Shown here: piece after piece, positions 23,670 through 30,590 of the stretch | How positions within the stretch are numbered: the first letter of the stretch is position 1 | Layout of the letters: each line of letters begins with the position of its first letter | Source of the DNA: Moraxella nasovis | Lineage (GTDB): Bacteria > Pseudomonadota > Gammaproteobacteria > Pseudomonadales > Moraxellaceae | NCBI RefSeq assembly: GCF_022701215.1 | Contig: NZ_CP089976.1 | Coordinates: 840,001 to 872,000, forward strand | DNA: 32,000 nt | Direction of reading: 5' to 3' | The notes under the pieces: generated by a model | Told to the model about the DNA's origin: nothing | Seen by the model: the letters and a program-made list of their open reading frames with translations, nothing else | Databases searched by the model: none | Made by a program: the position numbers and the translations under genes

Positions 23670-23697
23670 AAGTTTTCATCATTCCTTACTAATGTTG

Positions 23698-23735
23698 AAA
23701 ATAAAAAATCCCAAGTTCGCCAAAACTTGGGATTT
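23698..23735 (-). terminator. Strong intrinsic terminator immediately after terL
   Basis: Minus strand AAATCCCAAGTT-TTGGCG-AACTTGGGATTT followed by TTTATTTT. Confidence 0.75.
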
Positions 23736-23739
23736 TGCT

Positions 23740-24990
23740 TTATAGATACATACTCACATTAAATTGTGTAACAGGGCGTGATATAGGATAGCGATAGCTT
23801 AAAAAATACCCAAAAGCGTCTGTGATATGGTCAAGCCCATTGTCCTTGTCAGGCAAGCCATTTTTATCATACACCTGCTGTTCTAGTGCGTCTGTAAGCT
23901 CAGTGCATTGCTTGGTGTTTACTTTAAATGTTCGCTTACCTTGCCCATCTAAGATTAAGCGATTAACCGCATTTAAGCGGTCTTTAATGCTTGGATTGGT
24001 GCTATTTACATATACCTTTAAGCCATATTGCCTTAAAATATCATGGTCAGATAGGCTTGCGTTCTTACTGCTCGTGTTATGTCCTGACGCATCTGGGTAA
24101 ATACAAATTTCATGACCGCCATAGCGTTCTTTTAGTATCTGTGCCATCGTTGGCGTATCTCGCACGCCTGTGATTTCATCTACCGCCAAAGGCATACCAT
24201 CACGCACGACAAACACCACGCACGCCATTTTAAGCACGTTAAAGTCCATACCTATATGCAAGGTCTCGCCTGCTTGTATCGTAGCGTCTGTGTGATTTAG
24301 CGTGCGATTAAAGTCAGGGTAAACCGCACCGCTTGTTAAGTTGACAAATTGACCATTTAGATAAGCATCTAATAACTTTTGTGGATAACTTGCCTTTAAG
24401 CTGTCTATATAGCTTGGCGGTAAATAAGGATTTGACGCGGTTGGTGCTTGATACAGCTGATAGTGCGTACCGCTATTTTTTACCCAACGCTCATAACAAA
24501 AACGAAAGCCCTCTGGCGTTGTGCCAACTGCTGCCGTGTTTGGCTTGCCATCAGGCTTTTTTTGACGGCACCGCGCGATGATTTTATTCCACGCATTTTT
24601 AGCGTGTTCAGTCTTTAAGGTATCTAGCTCATCAATAACAGCGTCAGCAATTTCAAAACCAACAATGCTATCAGGATTATCCATGCTACGGCAAATAATC
24701 TCACCAAAACCTGCGATATAAAATATCTTTTCAGATTTATTAAGCTTAAACGACAAACCGCAATCTGTCAGCAGTTGGCTAATGCGTGGAAAAGCAATAA
24801 GCCGTATCAAATCATGCGTTGGAGCAAAATACCCTTGGCTTAACTGTCTGTATTTTAGCTTTTGGATAATTAAGCGTTTAAATAACGCTTCTGATTTACC
24901 GCTACCAAAACCACCGACAAATAGCGGATAAATCTCATCACTAAATACAAAGTCGTCTTGTGGAGCGGTCAGTGTTAAATCTAATTTCAT
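23740..24990 (-). CDS. terL: Terminase large subunit
   Basis: Walker A VGGFGSGKS near the N-terminus, 416 aa, follows terS with an ATGA overlap. Confidence 0.9.
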   Translation of the reverse strand: MKLDLTLTAPQDDFVFSDEIYPLFVGGFGSGKSEALFKRLIIQKLKYRQLSQGYFAPTHDLIRLIAFPRISQLLTDCGLSFKLNKSEKIFYIAGFGEIICRSMDNPDSIVGFEIADAVIDELDTLKTEHAKNAWNKIIARCRQKKPDGKPNTAAVGTTPEGFRFCYERWVKNSGTHYQLYQAPTASNPYLPPSYIDSLKASYPQKLLDAYLNGQFVNLTSGAVYPDFNRTLNHTDATIQAGETLHIGMDFNVLKMACVVFVVRDGMPLAVDEITGVRDTPTMAQILKERYGGHEICIYPDASGHNTSSKNASLSDHDILRQYGLKVYVNSTNPSIKDRLNAVNRLILDGQGKRTFKVNTKQCTELTDALEQQVYDKNGLPDKDNGLDHITDAFGYFLSYRYPISRPVTQFNVSMYL

Positions 24991-25451
24991 TCATTTTTAA
25001 CCCTTACCACGTTAATTTGAATTTCATTGCCTGTAGTGTCTATCATCTGAGCTTTTAGGCGGTCAATTTCAAGCTGTTTTAATTGGGCTTCTAACTCTTT
25101 AATCCTAATCTCTGATTTTGACTGCCTATCCATGCCTAAGACCTTAACTTTGGCATTAATGGCACTAATCATCGCCGTTGGGTTCTCGTTCAGTTTGGCG
25201 ATTTGATATGCTTCATCATAAGCTGATAACATCTCATCAATCGTCACATCATGGCGGTTGGCGTGGGCTTGGCGAAGTTCGTTTAATCTTGTTGTAATCT
25301 TGTTGTTGTCTAATAAGGCTTTTGCGTTGCGGTTAACCGTTTCATCTTTCATATTTTTAGCATTGTAGCTTTGGCGATAGGCTTCAGACGCATTGCCCAG
25401 CTCTATGTATTTTTGGCAAAATTGTTCTTGTTTTGGCGTAAGTTTCGCCAT
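24987..25451 (-). CDS. terS: Terminase small subunit (Terminase_2 type)
   Basis: LTPKQEQFCQKYIELGNASEAYRQSY...NAKALLDNNKI is the classic family signature. AAGGAG SD. Confidence 0.9.
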   Translation of the reverse strand: MAKLTPKQEQFCQKYIELGNASEAYRQSYNAKNMKDETVNRNAKALLDNNKITTRLNELRQAHANRHDVTIDEMLSAYDEAYQIAKLNENPTAMISAINAKVKVLGMDRQSKSEIRIKELEAQLKQLEIDRLKAQMIDTTGNEIQINVVRVKNE

Positions 25452-25502
25452 AGCTTACGCTCCTTTTTTATCAAATATTTTTAAAAATAACTCTAATAAC
25501 TC

Positions 25503-25531
25503 TTGAACTAATTGTCATTTGGGGTTATAAT
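25503..25531 (+). promoter_or_regulatory. Sigma70 promoter of hicAB
   Basis: TTGAAC (25503-25508), 17-nt spacer, TATAAT (25526-25531). Confidence 0.65.
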
Positions 25532-25560
25532 AACTCCATATTTACAACAGGAGTGATTAA

Positions 25561-25722
25561 GTGCAAAGCCGTGTTATCATCAAAATGCTCATTGATGACG
25601 GTTGGTATGAAGTAAACGTAGTTGGTAGCCATCACCAATACAAACACCCCACTAAAAAGGGGAAAGTTACGGTAAAGCACCCTGACAAAGACATACCCAT
25701 TGGCACCTACAAGAGCATTTAA
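25561..25722 (+). CDS. hicA: HicA-family mRNA interferase toxin, GTG start, 53 aa; C-terminally truncated relative to the family
   Basis: VQSRVIIKMLIDDGWYEVNVVGSHHQYKHPTKKGKVTVKHPDKDIPIGTYKSI*. AGGAG 7 nt upstream. The expected tail LKQAGLN* is encoded in the -1 frame at 25719-25742. Confidence 0.75.
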   Translation: MQSRVIIKMLIDDGWYEVNVVGSHHQYKHPTKKGKVTVKHPDKDIPIGTYKSI

Positions 25723-25774
25723 AACAAGCTGGGTTAAACTAACCCAGCTGGCACTTAATCCCATAGGAGAACCC

Positions 25775-26185
25775 ATGTATTACCCCATCGCCATTGAAAG
25801 CCCTGCCAATGATAATGAATGTTTTGGCGTGATTGTCCCTGACTTACCAGGCTGTTTTAGTGCAGGAAACAGTTTAGATGATGCCATCAAAAGCGTTCAT
25901 GAAGCCATCAGCCTACACCTTGACGGATTAGCAAAGGACGGTGATGACATTCCACTTGCCAAAAATGTTGCAGACCATGCAAAAAACCCAGACTATCAAG
26001 GCATGACATGGGCGGTGGTAGATATTGACCTATCTGCCTATATGGGTAAAAGCGAAAAAATCAACGTAACCTTGCCATCTCGTCTGATTGCACGGATTGA
26101 TGAAAAAGTATCCGCTCATAAATCGCTATATAAAAGCCGTAGCAACTATTTGGCACAGCTTGCCAGTCGTGATTTGATGGCGTAA
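25775..26185 (+). CDS. hicB: HicB-family antitoxin with a C-terminal RHH domain
   Basis: MYYPIAIE....FGVIVPDLPGCFSAGNSLDDAI..HEAI.LHL is the typical HicB N-domain. C-terminus is KINVTLPSRLIARIDE...SRSNYLAQLA. Start at the ATG at 25775 with a GGAG SD. Confidence 0.88.
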   Translation: MYYPIAIESPANDNECFGVIVPDLPGCFSAGNSLDDAIKSVHEAISLHLDGLAKDGDDIPLAKNVADHAKNPDYQGMTWAVVDIDLSAYMGKSEKINVTLPSRLIARIDEKVSAHKSLYKSRSNYLAQLASRDLMA

Positions 26186-26220
26186 AGCAAAAACTATCTT
26201 TTTCTTCTAGAAAGATTGGC

Positions 26221-26256
26221 AAATAAAAAACCCTTGCACGCCTGCAAGGGTTTTAA
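26221..26256. terminator. Bidirectional intrinsic terminator (ends hicAB on the plus strand and the short minus-strand RNA)
   Basis: AAAAAA-CCCTTGCA-CGCC-TGCAAGGG-TTTT. On the minus strand it is followed by TTTTTTATTT. Confidence 0.75.
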
Positions 26257-26304
26257 AATCAAATTCTTATAATAACCAAGAAAATTTACACACTTCTTGA
26301 TTAT
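26222..26304 (-). ncRNA. Predicted ~80-nt structured RNA: either the late-operon leader (lambda 6S/tR'-like) or a stand-alone sRNA
   Basis: Consensus promoter, 11-bp hairpin (AUAAUCAAGAA / UUCUUGGUUAU), AU-rich linker, then a GC hairpin with a U-tract. No ORF. Confidence 0.4.
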
Positions 26305-26310
26305 GGGTAG

Positions 26311-26339
26311 ATTATACCTGCTACTGGCTAGCCAGTCAA
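26311..26339 (-). promoter_or_regulatory. Perfect consensus sigma70 promoter with an upstream A/T tract; candidate late promoter (PR'-like)
   Basis: Minus strand TTGACT (26339-26334), 17-nt spacer, TATAAT (26316-26311). The palindrome ACTGGCTAGCCAGT spans the -35 and spacer. A -10-like CATAAT lies at 26305-26300. Confidence 0.7.
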
Positions 26340-26483
26340 GTGTTTTTTTTGATTTTAAAAAAAATTCTATTTTTTAAGTTTTTTCTTCTCTTGCAATATA
26401 TAACATCGCCAATTATCTAGTATTACTTTCACTTTTTCTACATTTATTTCATCATTGATAGCTACCTTACCAAAAATTTTAAC

Positions 26484-26512
26484 AGTAAAAACCGCCCCAA
26501 GTATGAGCGGTT
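26484..26512 (-). terminator. Weak intrinsic terminator after the secreted-peptide gene
   Basis: Minus strand AACCGC..(11 nt)..GCGGTT followed by TTTTAC. Confidence 0.35.
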
Positions 26513-26517
26513 CAAGT

Positions 26518-26691
26518 TTATCTGCAGACTTTCTCAGATTTGCTTATCGTACCATCTTTACACACGAATTTACCGTTACTGCAATGACTTATCCCACCCT
26601 TTTTACCGCTACAAGGTTGTTTACCTTTTGCTAGTGCTGGGGTTGTTACGAGTAGTGTGCTTGCGACTAGGGCTGTGATTAGCTTGTTCAT
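26518..26691 (-). CDS. Secreted Cys-rich miniprotein (57-aa precursor, ~36-aa mature)
   Basis: AGGAG lies 8 nt upstream of the ATG at 26691. Signal peptide [21 protein letters not shown], then [36 protein letters not shown] (4 Cys). Confidence 0.6.
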   Translation of the reverse strand: MNKLITALVASTLLVTTPALAKGKQPCSGKKGGISHCSNGKFVCKDGTISKSEKVCR

Positions 26692-26721
26692 CTTTAAACT
26701 CCTGCAATAAATTGAGCTTAT

Positions 26722-26750
26722 ATAGTACACAACCTTTAAACTTTTAGCAA
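26722..26750 (-). promoter_or_regulatory. Candidate sigma70 promoter just downstream of Q, upstream of the secreted-peptide gene
   Basis: Minus strand TTGCTA (26750-26745), 17-nt spacer, TACTAT (26727-26722). Confidence 0.45.
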
Positions 26751-26768
26751 CAAAAAAGTAATATTTTT

Positions 26769-27119
26769 TTAACTCTCTACTTCAAGCACGCCTGCAATAA
26801 ACGCACACGCTTTTTCAAGCTCAATTTTGACACGATTACGCTTGTTTTTTAATATTCGCTCGTCTGCCATTTGGGCGATATTACGCTCACTTAGTCGTGC
26901 CAAATAATACATACAAAAGATTTGGTATTGCAAAAGGCTATACTTTGCCAATTTACACACCGCCTTATCAATCATCATCGCCCTATCGTCTGTGATGGTG
27001 TACGATAACGGCTCGCTTGGCACGTTATCCCGCATTATCATCTCAAGCCAAGGGGATGGATAGCCTAAACGGTCAGGGTTATGCCTTGCCCATTTGCCGT
27101 ATTCGTGAAATTCGTTCAA
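26769..27119 (-). CDS. Late-gene antitermination protein Q (phage 82/21 Q-like family), TTG start
   Basis: YGKWAR..., [15 protein letters not shown]..., [12 protein letters not shown]... and [10 protein letters not shown] parallel the WGAWA / DDDAM..C..L / YY..g.s...iA / kaEg.i.G.L pattern of PF06530-type Q proteins. AAGGGG SD. Position just upstream of the late region. Confidence 0.7.
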   Translation of the reverse strand: MNEFHEYGKWARHNPDRLGYPSPWLEMIMRDNVPSEPLSYTITDDRAMMIDKAVCKLAKYSLLQYQIFCMYYLARLSERNIAQMADERILKNKRNRVKIELEKACAFIAGVLEVES

Positions 27120-27129
27120 TTAAAACCCC

Positions 27130-28032
27130 TTATTTTGACATCTCGTATTGCTTTTTGAATTTCTCACAAATTCCCATGATTTTGTCAATAAAAGCTAAAA
27201 AGTTCATTGTAGGATTAAATAGTTGGCTTATCAAAAGCTTATTTTGTAGGCTGTTTTCAAGCTTTTTTAATACCAAATCATCAAGTTCATCATTTATCTT
27301 GTTAATATCAAAATCAGCCCATTCATCTTTGGTAGGTTTATTGGCGGTTTCCCATCTATCAGGGTCAATCTTAAAAGTGTCTTGGTATATCTCACCTGTT
27401 TTAAAATCCACAAACTCGCTTTGGTAGCTATCATCTGTCTTTTGCTTATCAATGATGAAAAATAGCACATCAATGGCGGTATCATCAAAAGCGTTGCTAA
27501 TACGACTACACTCTGCTAAGCGGTTTCCGATAATCGTGCGAAACGTCTTTTCTGTCGCACGATAGCCCACGCCTGCCGATAAGATATAAAAACCGTATCT
27601 TTTGGTATGCTTTAATGATTTTAAAACAAAAATATCATCTACCACGCCTGATTTTTTCCAAGTAAATTCGCTTTGGATAATCGTCCGCTCGCTGTCTGAT
27701 AGCTCTTTAAACTTGATAGAAAACGGTGGATTCATCACCACACAATCTGCTACATGGTCATCATTAAAATCAAAAAATGAGCCGTGATAAACCTTGCTAT
27801 TAGGGTAATTATCCAAAAACACTTCGCACGCTTTGTCTTGAATTTCTACGCCATAGACGTGCTTAGGGCTTATATGCTGTTCTAACTGCCCTGAACCTAC
27901 CGCTCCATCAAATACGCTAACGCTATCGCCTACATACTGTTTGACTTTATCAGCGACATATTGGCGTAAGGCTTGCCCTGTGATGAATTCAGCATGGGCT
28001 TTGGCGATTTTTCGGTTATTGTGTTCTTTCAT
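27130..28032 (-). CDS. N6-adenine DNA methyltransferase (orphan, phage-encoded)
   Basis: Motif I VFDGAVGSGQL and motif IV VVMNPPFS in gamma-class order. Confidence 0.8.
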   Translation of the reverse strand: MKEHNNRKIAKAHAEFITGQALRQYVADKVKQYVGDSVSVFDGAVGSGQLEQHISPKHVYGVEIQDKACEVFLDNYPNSKVYHGSFFDFNDDHVADCVVMNPPFSIKFKELSDSERTIIQSEFTWKKSGVVDDIFVLKSLKHTKRYGFYILSAGVGYRATEKTFRTIIGNRLAECSRISNAFDDTAIDVLFFIIDKQKTDDSYQSEFVDFKTGEIYQDTFKIDPDRWETANKPTKDEWADFDINKINDELDDLVLKKLENSLQNKLLISQLFNPTMNFLAFIDKIMGICEKFKKQYEMSK

Positions 28033-28056
28033 TTTTCCTATTTGCTTAACCGTTGC

Positions 28057-28830
28057 TTAACCATGTTCTTTCATTTCCCCCAACCTATCAATAATCTTTC
28101 GTTCACGTTCTGACAGCTCCCATATTTGGGCTTGTTTGGCTTGTTTGGCTTGTTTGGCTTGTTTGGCTTGTTTGGCTATGCGGTCAGATACCAAAAGCCC
28201 TGCCCCAAACATCTGCTTTTTATGCGACTTTTGGCTATCTAGTTGTCTGATAAAAACGCACTCATCTACTCTAACTTCAAAATCTACATCTATGTTATTA
28301 AAATCTTTTGCCATTAGTACATTGGGGGGATATTGATATTTTGGCAACTTATTAGCTTTGGCAAACAAGGCATTTATCGCCATGGCAAGACGTGGGGCGG
28401 ATTTGGCTTTAATATGTGGTGTTAAATTCGTTATAAATGCCGTTTTAACTTCTACCCCATTGCCATAGATGATTTCACTATTGGTAAAAATAACCGTCAA
28501 TCCATATTCTCTTGCCACCGTGCTAAACGCCGTCATGTTTTGACAAAATAAAAAGAATTTTACGCCACGTTCTTGATACCATCTGCAAATCTTAGAAAGT
28601 ATGCTAAATGGCGGATTATCAATGACAATATCATCATCGCCATAATCCACCGCTTGGTAATCGCCATCAGGATAAAAGGGGCGTACTACGTTTAAACCAT
28701 CTAAATTCATTATCTCATCATGCACATATTGACGGACAGCGTCATAGACAGCAGGTGGCGTAAATGCATCATCGCTTGTTGTGCGTTTTTCAAACTTTTG
28801 TAGCCAGTTGTAGTATTCTTTACTGTTCAT
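28057..28830 (-). CDS. Second putative DNA (adenine) methyltransferase with a C-terminal (AKQ)5 repeat
   Basis: Catalytic-type motif IVIDNPPFS. Possible AdoMet motif QMFGAGLL lies downstream (beta-class-like order). Class not certain. Confidence 0.55.
   Translation of the reverse strand: MNSKEYYNWLQKFEKRTTSDDAFTPPAVYDAVRQYVHDEIMNLDGLNVVRPFYPDGDYQAVDYGDDDIVIDNPPFSILSKICRWYQERGVKFFLFCQNMTAFSTVAREYGLTVIFTNSEIIYGNGVEVKTAFITNLTPHIKAKSAPRLAMAINALFAKANKLPKYQYPPNVLMAKDFNNIDVDFEVRVDECVFIRQLDSQKSHKKQMFGAGLLVSDRIAKQAKQAKQAKQAKQAQIWELSERERKIIDRLGEMKEHG
28129..28177. repeat. Perfect 9-bp tandem repeat GGCTTGTTT x5 (plus a partial unit) inside the methyltransferase gene
   Basis: Read directly from the sequence. 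Encodes AKQAKQAKQAKQAKQ in frame. Confidence 0.95.
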
Positions 28831-29222
28831 TTTTTCAACCTTTCAATCTCACGCTCAATATACCACTTGGCTTTTTGCAAGTCTTCAATCGCATTATCGG
28901 TTTTAAGCCCTGCTCGCCAGATGTATTTGACTGCATTACCAAGACAAAAATTCATGTGTTCCGTGATAGCAATGCACTCTACACCGCTTGGGTGGGATTT
29001 GTAATGAGATGGGTTGATATTGTCGTGCTTTTGACCGTCTTTGGTTTGTGCAGGCGTGGGATTTTCCAAGCTAAACCAATTTAAAAATTTTTGTTTGGGT
29101 GTGTAGCAAATAATGTTACCAACCTTAAAAAGCACTAAATCGCCCACTATCTTAATAACTTCGGCTTTTTCGCCATTTCTGATGTTTTGCCACACTTGCC
29201 CTATTTTAATCTCGCTCATCAC
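28827..29222 (-). CDS. DUF3310 (SaV-like) phage protein
   Basis: NPSHYKSHPSGVECIAITEHMNFCLGNAVKYIWRAGLK...EDLQKAKWYIERE is the family signature. Confidence 0.75.
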   Translation of the reverse strand: MMSEIKIGQVWQNIRNGEKAEVIKIVGDLVLFKVGNIICYTPKQKFLNWFSLENPTPAQTKDGQKHDNINPSHYKSHPSGVECIAITEHMNFCLGNAVKYIWRAGLKTDNAIEDLQKAKWYIEREIERLKK

Positions 29223-29276
29223 AACACCCCCATTCCATACACGCCTGCACTAAATAAAATAAAACACAAAATCAAA

Positions 29277-29609
29277 TCAGTTACTTTGTTCATGTCTCTG
29301 ACTGCCATTTTTCATCTGCTCTTTTTCTTGTTCGCTCATTATCATTTGCCACTTCTCCCTCAATCTATGACAGTCAATCATGACCGCTTTTGTCTGCATT
29401 TCCTGTAAACGTTTTGGCACATCATCAAAAATAAATGCCAATTTTTCTGCGTCATCATCGCTTAAATAACGTCTGTCATTAAGATAGTTTGCGGTTTTAT
29501 ACCATTCCCAACCTGTTCTGCCTTTTAAATCAAACATAGTTAGGTCATATTTGACTAACTGATGGCCTAGCCAAATTGCAAATTCGCTTCTAAAATAAAA
29601 ATCCTTCAT
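29277..29609 (-). CDS. Hypothetical early protein (110 aa)
   Basis: Start at the ATG overlapping the upstream stop (ATGA). No recognisable motif. Confidence 0.55.
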   Translation of the reverse strand: MKDFYFRSEFAIWLGHQLVKYDLTMFDLKGRTGWEWYKTANYLNDRRYLSDDDAEKLAFIFDDVPKRLQEMQTKAVMIDCHRLREKWQMIMSEQEKEQMKNGSQRHEQSN

Positions 29610-29866
29610 GATTGCGCCCCCATATGCCATTCAATCCAACTGAGCATATCATCAACATCAATACTCTTGCCCTTGTACCATTTCTTGCCATTGACATATA
29701 AAATAGACAAACTGGGATTTGACTTGACATATTTTCTGCGAAGAGTAGTTACTTGATTAAGATTAAGTATATGGCTTGGAAAACCACACTCCACATCTAA
29801 ATCCTCGTAAATAATGAAAAAACCCTTGTCTGTTACACCATAGCCATTTTTAAAATTGTTGTTCAT
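29606..29866 (-). CDS. Hypothetical early protein (86 aa)
   Basis: Start at the ATG at 29866, preceded by GGTGGGGA. The longer ORF-track start lacks an SD. Confidence 0.5.
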   Translation of the reverse strand: MNNNFKNGYGVTDKGFFIIYEDLDVECGFPSHILNLNQVTTLRRKYVKSNPSLSILYVNGKKWYKGKSIDVDDMLSWIEWHMGAQS

Positions 29867-29929
29867 AACGTCCCCACCATTAACATAGAAAAAATAAAAA
29901 CTGTGATTAACACAATACAATCAAATAAT

Positions 29930-30133
29930 TTACTCATCTCTTATCGTCCGCCTTGCTAATCTTATCGCCAACCGCCTTAATTGAAAGTCGTTTAGGGATT
30001 TTGGGCAATTTGCCATAGATACATAAACTATTCGTCCCCAAATTTTAACCACTGCTTTCATCGTGTATTCATCATCAACGATTAAGCTTAGGATTTCCCG
30101 CTTATTCTTCATATTCTTTGTTTCAACGTTCAT
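29930..30133 (-). CDS. Hypothetical early protein (67 aa)
   Basis: ORF overlaps the upstream gene by 11 nt. Confidence 0.5.
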   Translation of the reverse strand: MNVETKNMKNKREILSLIVDDEYTMKAVVKIWGRIVYVSMANCPKSLNDFQLRRLAIRLARRTIRDE

Positions 30134-30590
30134 AACACCACCTTAAATCATCAGGGATAGTCAAAACATAGCCAAGTCCCGTATAATGCACATACACATC
30201 GTCCAAATACCGCTTGTGCTGTTTAACCGTCATCAATCTAGTTACAGGAAAATCAAACGGCAATGCCATAAATTGTAGCTTTTGCTCATAGCTGTAACAG
30301 TATTTAACCCTTTCATCATAAGTTGCCCTAAATTCTTCGTTTTCATTGCGTAAAATCGGCACGCCAAAATGTAATTTACAATAAGCACGGTACTCTTCTG
30401 CGGTCAAATCGCCCTGCTCGGCTAGCTCATTTACCCAAAGACGTTGCAAGCGATTTTGGGCTTGACTTCTGGTCTCGTCCTTATCTGTGATGATGACATT
30501 GACTATCTCGCCTCGTTCTTGTCTTGTTAAGATGTCCGCCACGCAGTTTTGTAAGACATTGTCGCTTGTGATGCGATAGCGTTTACTCAT
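30123..30590 (-). CDS. NinB/Orf-like recombination mediator (tentative)
   Basis: VIITDKDETRSQAQNRLQRLWVNELAEQ parallels lambda NinB ..IQERNRSLDQNRKLWACLGDV.. Size and nin-region context fit. Confidence 0.45.
   Translation of the reverse strand: MSKRYRITSDNVLQNCVADILTRQERGEIVNVIITDKDETRSQAQNRLQRLWVNELAEQGDLTAEEYRAYCKLHFGVPILRNENEEFRATYDERVKYCYSYEQKLQFMALPFDFPVTRLMTVKQHKRYLDDVYVHYTGLGYVLTIPDDLRWCYER

Noticed and set aside
25525-25776. 83-aa minus-strand ORF between terS and hicB
   Set aside because: It is the antisense shadow of hicA. The plus strand has a promoter, an SD and a clear HicA signature, whereas the minus-strand ORF has no SD and no recognisable motif.
28129-28177. The 9-bp tandem repeat as an on/off phase-variation switch of the methyltransferase
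   Set aside because: The unit length is a multiple of three, so slippage preserves the reading frame. Only linker-length variation is possible.
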